DNA of 47,689 nucleotides, the filler included, from Jimgerdemannia flammicorona (taxonomy: Eukaryota), in assembly GCA_003990765.1 (NCBI GenBank). It is 2 parts of 2 records of this genome, joined end to end, with 100 filler letters (N's around TTAATTAATTAA, not from the genome) between each part and the next. Parts side by side here need not be neighbours in the genome. Positions count along the whole stretch, not along the records: positions 1 to 23,796 come from RBNJ01001064.1; 1 more part is not named here. One strand, written 5' to 3'. Both the position numbers and the translations under genes were made by a program. The number at the start of each line of letters is the position of its first letter. The first letter of the stretch is position 1. The notes beneath the pieces are model-generated. The model ran no database searches. It was not told the origin of the DNA and saw nothing but the letters and a program-made list of their open reading frames with translations. Shown one piece after another: positions 1-10,700 of the stretch.

Positions 1-231
1 GCTAGCAAACTTGTATAAATAACCCAGTATCTTCAAGTGAATAAACCTCAGATCGAAATAGTTCAAAGCAAAGAGATAGCAAAGGAACTAGTAAGCCTGC
101 AGGCAGATACACTTCGAACTCACCCACCCTTCCCCTGCCACTTCAAGAGACTCTGCGAGAGTCAGAACAGTCAAGTTTTCAAGATACAGAAATCCGACGT
201 ACTTTCAAGAGTAAGCGTCCGCTACGTTACA
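1..231 (+). mobile_element. Probable 3' part of an LTR (younger element, CpG retained)
   Basis: TATAAATA at about 15, AATAAA at about 40, ends ...CTACGTTACA (the CA end typical of LTRs). Composition then switches abruptly to CpG-free DNA. The partner LTR is not in the window. Confidence 0.4.
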
Positions 232-248
232 ATATATAGATATACTAC

Positions 249-827
249 TAGTGCTCCTAACAAGTCAATTTAATCTGGATTGGATTCAGATTGATTTGGA
301 TTGAATCCCATCTGGATCAACTCAGATGAGATTCAAATCCCATCCAAATGGATTCAAATCAACCATTGTTTTGATTCCCAAATTAGACAATTAAATATTT
401 ATATCAATAACTCAATGAATAATGATCCAAATTTGATGATCTTGATATTATTTGAAAGCCCTTAATAAGGCCTATCTATTGATATCAAAAATATTGAAAT
501 CAGATTATGCATTGCTGAGTTATGAAGGAAAACATCTGAATTGCTGATTTTGGAAATTATTTGATTTGCTGATTTGGAAATTTTGTCAAATAGAACATAT
601 TCCTTAATATCTCAGCAACATGTAATCTGATTTTAATATTCTTGGCATCATTAGAAAGGCCTTATTAAGGGTTTTCAAATGACACCAATGTCATCAAATT
701 AGGATGATTATTCATTAAGTTATTGATGTAAATATTTAATTATCTAATTTGGAAATCAAAACAATGGTTGACAAATCCATTCAGATGGGATTCAAATCCC
801 ATCCAGATTGACTCATTTGGAGCACTA
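249..827. mobile_element. Non-autonomous hAT-type palindromic element (MITE), copy 1, CpG-decayed
   Basis: TIRs TAGTGCTCC...GGAGCACTA; 8-bp TSD TATACTAC (241-248) / TATACTAT (828-835). Long internal inverted arms; aligns with 35601-36309. Confidence 0.9.
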
Positions 828-835
828 TATACTAT

Positions 836-3800
836 TCTAATTTCCAGATTAGCTTCTTTATTTGAATGATAGAGATGATATTATACTTGGGTTATATTTT
901 TATCTTAGTCTGTTCTGACTGTAGCTTGATGTATCTAAGAGAGTTTATATTAGTTTGCCAGTCAATATGTAGATTTTCTTAAGTGAGTCAGGATTTTCTA
1001 AGAATGAGATTATGTTCTAGAATATATAGAATATAAAATATCTACTTTATTATATAGTCTACTAGTTGTAAAAGTATATTCTTGCAGATTTTAGAGAGGT
1101 TCTATATTATTCTGTTTTCAAATATAGTGATGTTTCCTTCTTGATTTCTTTATATCTTAAGTTTGAACTTATTAGTAATCTTTTTATCAAGATAGTACTT
1201 GTTTGCTCTACTTTTGATAAAGACTTCAATAGGGTTTCTTTTGATTTTTCTTATAGATAGATATATTTAAAGTTGCCTTCTTACTAGGTAGCAATTGTTT
1301 CTGAAGAGACTTCTTCTTCTCAATCTTGTGTATATCTATCTTCATCATTAATATTCTTGATTTCTTTATCCCATTATTCGAAGATAGTTGGCTTATACTT
1401 CATAGATTTGAGGACACATATAATGTATTCTTCTATATGTTCAAAACTATATATCTTAATACTATAAGGATATCATCCTGCTGGGACATATTTATCAGCA
1501 ATATACTGATATTATTTCTAGTCTCAGTCTTGAGGTTTCTCAATATAAATGATCCTTTATACCTTAGTCTTCTCTTTGGTCTTATCAGGATATTTTTCTA
1601 TTAATCTGAAAGCTTTCTCTCCTCTATCAGAGAGTGATAGTTCATTTGTTTCTTTAACTTTGAGATTATTATATATTACCTCAATGATAGCTTGGGTAAT
1701 TCATTTTTTATATATGATTTTAATTGCCTTCTGTCTAGTATTATATATATAGTAGGATCTTGATTTCACCTTTAAATTCTTGGTTTATAACTTCTCTAGC
1801 TATACAGAGTCTCTCTTCCTTGATCAGACTGCTTCTTTCTATGAGATAGATAGAGATTTCTTTGGAGACTTCTATTCTAACATCTGTGTTAATAATCATT
1901 TACTTGTTTGGTTTGATAGTTACTTTTATGCTAGAGTAGAGATTGTAGCTAGCATCAGATTTATATACTTTATCTGAGATTTTTACAACAATGTAGAATC
2001 TCTTAATCTAGATTTTTTCAGAAGTATATAAGAAGGATAGTTCTTTGTCTATATTAGTCTTCTTGTCAGAGAATTCATGAGATATATATCCTCCCTTTTG
2101 CAGTAGAAATATGCTCCTTTCTTCATGAGTTTCTCTATTTTCTTATTAGATAATTTCTTGAATTCTTCTTGAGATTTTGAAGAGTTATTCCAAAGTTTAT
2201 ATCTCTTCTTAAATTGATGTTACTTCTTTATTATTATTTTTATTATCTCTTAATCTTTGAGCTATTGAGATACATAGTATATATTCTAATAATGGCTTAT
2301 TCTAAGTACTATTATTTATATAGACAATTGTAGAGTTGCTTTTACTCTCAGAACTTTTCTGATAACTATCTAGAGATGACATCAAAGAAGTATACTACTT
2401 TTATTCTATTTATAGTTTGTTCTCATTAACTATATTCTACTCTTATAGTATTTAGGATAATTTCTAATCTTATTATAAATAATTCTAAGTCTTCTTTTTT
2501 ATCATTATAGAATCAGAGGTTCTTAAGCTTAGTTCTGGCTTTAGTGATGTAGATAGAGCTACAAAACTATTAAATAATCATCTCTTTTAGACCTATTATA
2601 GCTGAGTAGACTTTATAGTTAGAGTAATTATTATTTCTTTCACTTATATTGATTTCAGTATAGTTTTTTCAGATGAGATAATATACTGAGAGATTATACC
2701 ACTACTGAGCAGCTGTATCTGTAAAATAGGTGATAACTTTCTCTACTTGTAAGTCTATAGTTATATAAAGATCTTCAATCTCATAATACTCATTATTATT
2801 AAGAATACTATCTGTGTTCTAATTATCATTCTATCTATTAGTATAATAATTAGTGTTAACTTATACCATAAATGTTGTTACTTGGTCTACTTTGTCTTCA
2901 AATAGTATAAGTTAGAGGTCTTTTAATTTGTTTTGATACTGAGATAGAGGGCTTGGGCAAGTATAGCTACTTGGTTAGTCAGAGCTACTATATAGCTTTT
3001 TATTTACTAATATCATTCTATTGCTTATATAGTAGAATAGTAGTAGTCTTCCTTCAGATACTATTACTTAAGAGATAGTATAATATATAGTTATTTCTCC
3101 TATAATATTATTAAGATAAGTAAACTTGATAATTAGTCTATAGGTTAGTGATTTTGATAAAGTTATTACTAGGTCTTCTGTAGTAATTTTCAGTAGACTT
3201 GATATTCTTAGTAGTAGGACTATGATAGTACTAGGGCTACTAATATTAGGTTTGAGTATTTCTTCAACTATTTTTCTAAATTGAGATAATATAGTAGAGG
3301 CTTTATTAGATCTAACAGTTTGCAATCCTTACTATTAGATTATTTTTACTTATATATAGAGGACTTAATGATAGAGATGAGATTTTCTTTAGTTAATATA
3401 ATATCTTTTATATTTCAGAAAGATCTTGACTTTATAATAGTAATTATTAGAGAAGAGATGTAAAAAATATTCACTTATAGTTTTGATGGATTCTTCTATA
3501 TATTTCTCATAATAGTAACTACTAATTAATCTTTTAAATTCTTTTTTAATTCCTTGAGTATGAGTGATTTCTTTATTAAATATGATGAATATATCAAATA
3601 CTTTTTGGATAGTTTTATTATTGAGTCTGTTAAAATTCTCTTAGCTGATATAGATCTCAGTTTACTCAGTGATAATTCTATTGACTTCTTCAGCTTAGTT
3701 CTGAGAAGTAGCCAGGGTGAAGATATTCTTTAGTTATTACTGATAATATTGATGATATTGACTGAGTTATCTATATTTATAATGAATTTTTTGAAAGAAG

Positions 3801-4300
3801 CTTACTTATGAGTGAGAGTAACTTCTACTACTATTAAATTATAATAAAACAATATATTGATAGAGTTAATATATTATAGATAATCAAGATTAACTATTAG
3901 CCCTAAGTTCTGAATTCTTATAAGGAAGTACTAAGTTTCAATAATCTATTACAGTAGTATAGTCTAAGTATCACTTTTGAGTTCTTATACTGATAAAAAT
4001 GCTATACTTGTATTCCAAGTTAATTAGGCTTAGAGTCATTAATAAGTCAGGTCTAAGAATTCTATAATAAGAATACTACTTTATATATTCTTTTATTTGA
4101 AGAAAGTAGAGCTGAGATTATAATATATATACTTAGTATAGAGAATATTTATACAGATTTAAAGCTATGACTAAATATAGTATTTTGGATATATCTATAT
4201 ATAGTTATACTATATTCAGTATCTATATATGACTACTAGTTAGAAATTCTATAAGAATTTCAATAAGAAATTTCTGTTAGAAATTCTAGTAGTTTATATA
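836..4300 (-). mobile_element. Decayed Ty3/gypsy LTR retrotransposon: gag zinc knuckle - dUTPase - aspartic protease
   Basis: Minus-strand relics: KLMKKGAYFYCKRE.. (decayed CCHC knuckle, about 2075-2135); dUTPase motifs at about 1590-1975; protease IEVFIKSRAN (about 1200-1235) and HNLILRKS*LT*ENLHIDWQ (about 955-1020). Many stops. The upstream limit is uncertain. Confidence 0.75.
1590..1975 (-). pseudogene. Retrotransposon-borne trimeric dUTPase relic
   Basis: All five motifs recognisable in order despite G>A/C>T decay: SDASYNLYS (motif 1, cf. AGYDL), ERSSL (2), REVINQEFKGEIKILLY (3, cf. GVIDxDYRGEI), ITQAII (4, cf. RIAQ), LSDRGEKAFRL (5, cf. RGxxGFGS). Confidence 0.8.
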
Positions 4301-4750
4301 TAATAATTCATTATATTACTATATTTATATTAAATATAAATAAATATTTAAAATAATAAATTATAATAATAAAAAGACTCAGTTGTAATTAAATAATAAT
4401 AATAGTAAATTATTATAAATAAATAAAATGAAATTATATATGATATATGAAGATTATTATATAAAATAATTAAATATATTAATTGAATTATTTAATATAT
4501 GTATTATATAGTCTATAATATATATATAGTTTAAGTTCTGAAAGATTTTCTTAAATGTTTATATAATAAAATATATTTATAGTTAAATGATTAATATAAT
4601 AATAATATATTATTATTTTATATTTTGGAAGCTGACAAAATTTTCAAAATAACTGATATTGATCTAAACTCTCAATTTAAAAATCTAATGCAGATTTGAT
4701 TCTGATTTATTTAACCTACTTGTAGATTTTGATTTGCATCAGATCTCTGA

Positions 4751-7700
4751 TTATAGGGAATTATGCTTATAGATTTTGATATGCTCCAGGTCGCTGATTT
4801 TAGCACACCATAAGCCACTATTGCATGGAATCAAAATGCAGGGCAATTTATCATGCAGAAAGCTCTCGCGGTGCGACCAGTCACCAATTTGCACACAGTT
4901 CTGGTAATCGTGACATTTCGGCAAATGCTTATGTATGTAATACCGCTGGTGTTCAGTATCGTTTAGTTCGCGACATCCATTGCCGAACCGGCATAGATGG
5001 GAATACACCTGCATTATTTGTATGGAATTTCATCAGTCAAAGTTCTGATACTAGATGTGTAACGGTAAATACTTGAAATAAATCATTACCTGGTTGTGTG
5101 GCGATTTGCCGAATTGGTGTTTGCAGATGGCTATGTTGCGACAGGGCGTCACAAATGGATGCGAAAATTTTCGACAATGACCTGCGTCGTTGTACTGGAA
5201 ACAAGACGTTTGAAGACTACAAACAACCCGATTTTCTGCTTCAAAGACCTTCAGTATCCCGTCGCGACGTATGGGGTCAGCATTAGTGGTCGCCGTCGCA
5301 TCCGGTGTTGTTGGGGCGTTCGTTGACGCCCATTGTGCAACAGCACGAGATATTGAAGCGTTGGGTGTCATTTGTGGTGTCCATTGAATAACATTCGTCT
5401 CCGGTAATGGCTTGCGATGCACCTCGATGGATTCGAATGACACCTAACGACGTGGATACATATCAATTTTTTTTTTTTTTTTTTTCTGGTTTCAGGTCCG
5501 CGCATGTGAAATCGTGAACACATATATACCTGATTCTTCCATACTCCGATTCCTAGCCATTGCACATCGAAGCTGAAATCTTCGCGAAGAGCGTTTTTAT
5601 TAAGAACCAGTGTTCGCCGATTGTAAATTTGTGAATGGCCCCAATGATCCACCTTGCAGATCTTTTGTCTAATGGTGTTGAATTCCGTTCTTAGTCGTTA
5701 TTAATTAAAGTGGTTGTCTACCCAAAAGCAGTAAGAAAGCTCCAAGTGACATACCTGCTGTTCATCTGAATGTGATAATTGACCCAGTCGCCCTCGGCAA
5801 AACCTTGGTCGAAGTTCGGGTCTTGTGCCACCCAATTCTTCTTGTCAACCGTTACCCTGTGCGCCGATGGTGGGCCTCTCGTGATGTAGAGGATGTGAGA
5901 TTTAGGACCTCCAAAATAGAAGGTAATACGCGCGCCATTGTTACTGCTTTCCTTGGTTTGCTTTTCGGTAAGCATAATGAAGAACTCGCTACCCTTGGCG
6001 CGGAAGTAAATATTTCCATCGCCTGCGATGCTAAAACGGAATGGCAGGGGGAGGATGGCACCTTTTCCGCGCTCCAGACTAACGCTCATGCCGAGTGGCC
6101 GGTGGACAGACCCGGTCATAATATTCGGCGATGAACAGTGTTCCATGGCGGTATTTATGAGTTTTCTCCGATCGTCGGTCAAATCGAGACGTCCGTCGAC
6201 ATCTCCTCCAACTGGATCACAGAATACTATGACATCGTTGTTCGGATTTGGAAACGCCAATCGAAACTGTTGCTTGTCGGCGACTGTCAACTTGCTATCC
6301 CAAATATTCTAGAGGAAATATTCAATTAATCAGTCGGGTTACTCTTCAAAAATATTTAAATATAATAATTCTTGAACATCTTACTTTTGGAATAATGATT
6401 TTTTCCACAAATGAAAGTGGAATGAGACTGGGCAAATGTGCCTCAAATACAAAATGGGACTCTCTTTTCAACCATTCGCTTTTCACATCATTCAAAGACA
6501 GGTGTGTTTTTCCCGTGGTCTCCATAATCTTTAGGGCAATAAATATGCAGTGTGAAATCTCTAAGCAATCTCCGCGTAAAGACTGAAATACTGTACTCAA
6601 TGTGACGAGGCCTGAAAAATATACCTGCGCGCAAATATCGGCGGCAGCAGCTTTTGCCCAATTTCTGCAGCTGGGATGCAGTTTTGAGTTATGAAACTTT
6701 TTCACAGCTTCTTCGGACTGAGCTTTGCATTTCGGCATGAATGGTCGATTGTTGGACTCTCTGCATGGCAAATTAGTAATCAGCGATTGCAACGTAGAAA
6801 ATCAATCGCTGAAAGGAACCAAAAGATTGACGGTGGGAAAGCCTCTAAAATTGCGTACCTTCCGGACCAAAACGATGTAGCTGCGTTTGGTGTAATGTTT
6901 GATTGAGGATGATTCATGATATCCTGTTTGAACAGTAATATAATGTCACCGTAATAGTAACCTATATAAAAATTTAATCAATTTATGTGATTATTACGAT
7001 TCCAATATTTATAGAAATAGTGGTCAATTACCCTTCAATTACCCTACTACTTACCAGTGTGAGGACCAAGGATGCCGAACACATGCTTGTTGGTTCCCAG
7101 TAACTTGTCAACATCATAATTAACCCCTACTGGATTGTTGGCAAGGTCTCTTGTTGCCTTGACAAGAAGATCTCCCAGATCGATTAAGAGTTTTATTTGC
7201 TCTCTGTAAATAAAAAGGTACATGAATCATTGAGAGTAACATACATGATGCCGAACTCGGAGAGGAAGCATTAAATAGATAATAACGAAAAGTAAGATGC
7301 AAACCTTGTCAAAAATTGACTGGATACGGCCTCAATTTTCAAATTAAGGTCTGTTTCCCAGGTTGGTAATTGCGGATCATTTGCCGCTTTACCGTAGGCA
7401 ACAAGAACCGCACACTTTACCAAATCCTGAAAACGTAATTGAGATCATGAATATAGCGCACAATTGTCACACAGAAACCCATAAATTGATAGGTACCTCC
7501 AAATCCATTCGTTCTCTATCTGACAATTTGTTCTTTTCACATATTTGCCTCACCAAAGGGTGATGCCGTGCTTCGTGTGATGCCCACATAGGATTTTTTA
7601 GTTTCCGAATGTGGTTCGCTGACATGACCTACACAATTACCCTGTGAGAATGCAGCGTTTTGTTGCAGATATGTACAAACAATGAACCAGGAATGCCCAC

Positions 7701-10700
7701 TCACATGATGGTGTGCCAATATACTTTTGAAAATCTTTGGCCTCACACGATGTGCTGGACGTAATCCCTTGACCCATTCAACAACTTCTTCTGGTACCTG
7801 AAAATTGTTCCCCTTTTTGGTGAAGTATACATCAGTCGCCTCGGTGATTTCCTGCGCATTGCCAGAGAAATCGACATCTTGACAAGCATCATCATAGCTT
7901 GAGATCGGTGGACCTTCGGATGTGTGCGCGTACTCCACTACGTGAAGTAATCGACTACGTTTGGTGCATACTAGGAGATGCGCCCATGACAGGTGAGAAT
8001 TTGCGGGGTGTGACAAAACGAACAACGGGAAAAATGCAGATGATAGTACCTTGCCCATATTTGCACGCTGATCGAATATCTGCGATCTCAAGGTGTGAAA
8101 ATAAATTCAAGTGCTTCTCGTTTAGGAGATGCATGCAGTTCGCGCCATGAGGACATTGTGTGCGGACTACATGAATCGTATTCTTCACATGATTGAGATC
8201 CAACAATTCCGGACATGCTGCACCATATTTACAAACGTGTGAAAACTTGGCGACGTGCTTGGCATCCATGTTTGTACACGCAAATGGGGTACCACGGCAG
8301 GGTGTGTTGAAAGGATGCACGCATTGTTCCATGTGAGGCACGACCATGTACTGGCCGCAGAAGCTACCATAAGGACATTGTGACTTAATATGTCGGAATT
8401 TCTCGGCGTGCTGCTTCACCTCTCTATTAGAACATGCAACGCCCTCAGCGCATACGGGAACATGAAGAAATTGTTGGAGATGCGCGTCCTCCATCGAAGT
8501 GCATCCACCGCCATTTTCGCAATGGGATGGATGAGAGAATAGCTCGGCGTGACCAGGGTCATCGTGTTCGATGCAAAGTCCCTTTCGCTTGCAGGGCTTA
8601 ATGTGGCGGAAGAGAAAGATGTGGTGGTCATCTGTTAATATGAAGCAAAGAAAATGTCAGTTCAGATATACGGGAGGAGTGATCAAGAACTTCAAAATTG
8701 AATACACATATGCAATACCGGTATTTTTGCAACCCTTGTCGAACGGACAGGACGGAGGGTGATAAAATTCTTTGGTATGTGTAGTGTCAAACTTATCGCA
8801 ACAGCCTCCAAAAGAGCACGTCGCCACCATTGGTACTGTAACCGGTAGTACTGTAACCGGTGGTAAGGTGGGTATACCAGGCCCAAGATTGGTGTGATCA
8901 AGATAAAGGGAGAAAATATCATAGTTGCCGGCCGGGTTGGTAGTGGTTATACTGTTGTGATCCTCAGTTATGGCGAATACAATTTTTCTGAACTTTCGCG
9001 AATACTGTTGTGCCACAGCTAGAAAAATAGCTGCAGGATTGCGGAAGGAAGAACGTTTACAACGCCATTCGGGAAAGAAGAAAATTAATTGCTTGATACT
9101 ATTGGTAGCGCTTACATGCAATCTGGTTCGGAGGGTTTTGGAAAGCCCCACATCCAAGCGCCGATAGCAGTAAACTGTCATGACCCTTATGAAGTGCAAT
9201 TGCAAAAATTGCTTCAATCTTCCTGCGCGTCTTGGCAACGTCTTGAAAGGAAAGGCAGTTATTTTGCAGCCATGGTTTTCTGCCGGTAGCATGACGAGGA
9301 TCGAAGTTAATATGCGCCAACGACATAACAGATTCAGCAACGTAATTCGGGTAACATACCGATAGGCGGCAACGGCTATAAAATCCATAGTGAAAGGTTC
9401 CTGACGGAAAGCGTATCCTGAATCTTCGGAATCACGAAATACCGTCACATCGGGTGTATAGATACCACCAAATTCAGCCATTGGATAGGTAGGGCAGCGC
9501 GGGTTTATGGGGTCGTCAAGGCTTAAAAAATAATTTGATCGGCGGAAAATATTCTCCTCCTGAGCGCCGTCTCCCTTCCGATATCCTCCACCGGGGCTCG
9601 TCGCCTATGTTTCAGATATAGCGCTATCAGTCAAGGTTTCTCCACTTTAGGCGCAAGCAGAACGATTAGATAAATGAGTTTGCCTTACGAACCGAAGCCA
9701 TGTTAAGGACCACTGGTCGGAGCCCCTTTTTCTTCATAGATAATGCCGCCAGGAGGCAATCTTCTTTAATGACCGAAACCGATGTGTGATTGTAGATATT
9801 GTTCGAGGCTGGGGGGAGGGCAGCGAAAGTGAATGATTCTGAAGATTGCCTTGGCGGATGGATTGTGATTCTTTCGGCCGGATTCGGTTCAGAGGCATAA
9901 TAGTACCCATTTCGAATAGCCGACAATGTAGCCAGCATTACGGTGACACGAATTCCATGAATTTGCTGGTTAACGCGGCTGATGGCCCTATCATCTTTCT
10001 GAAATCACATCATTTAAAAGAAAGTGAGCTTCCACGGAAAGAGACCATAACAGCTGTCCTTGAATCCACACTGACCGCTTTTGCGAGATCGCTGGCATAT
10101 TTCGATTTCCATTGCTTCCATATTTCGGGTTCCCAGTTTCGCAGAAACACTGGATCGTCGGCGGCATATTGATCTAATGAATGTGATTTTTCCGCATCAC
10201 GTTGTCGGAGAGCGGGAAATGAGTTTTCATCAGAATTCATGGCCAGGTGATCTTGCAGATATATTTGGCAATTCCTACCGATCGATCCGGGAACCTGAGC
10301 GCTTTGGTACCATTCATCGTCGAATTCCCAGATAGCCGGTCTTGCCCGAATGGCACTGATGAGAACTGGACGCCCTTTGAGAATCGGAGCCAATGACTGG
10401 CATAGACCCAAAACGCTAGAAGATGGTAATGAAATGCAATTATTTAATTAAGCGAGATTCGTATAAAATTTACTCTAATTTCAGGAACGGATTTACCTGC
10501 ATCGGGCTGTGGTGTCTTTCAGCCACACAATTGCCATCCTCTCCCTAATTCGCAAGTCGACTTTGGTGATCACTCCTTGAAAAATTTCCAAATCAAAGAT
10601 AGCTCCAGTCAATATGTCTCTGTGCTGTTGGAATAATTCGAGTGGTATGTCCTCTATGTAGACCTTTGGAACGGCTTCACTGAATAGCATTGCCTTTTTG

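Noticed and set aside
1326..1977. Hydrophobic plus-strand ORFs that look like membrane proteins
   Set aside because: Compositional artefact of T-rich decayed TE; the real coding relic is on the minus strand.
4300..4620. Extremely AT-rich DNA suggesting a mitochondrial insert or centromere (also 18520-19260 and 22000-22500)
   Set aside because: No organellar gene, tRNA or satellite unit recognised; end-stage TE decay explains it.
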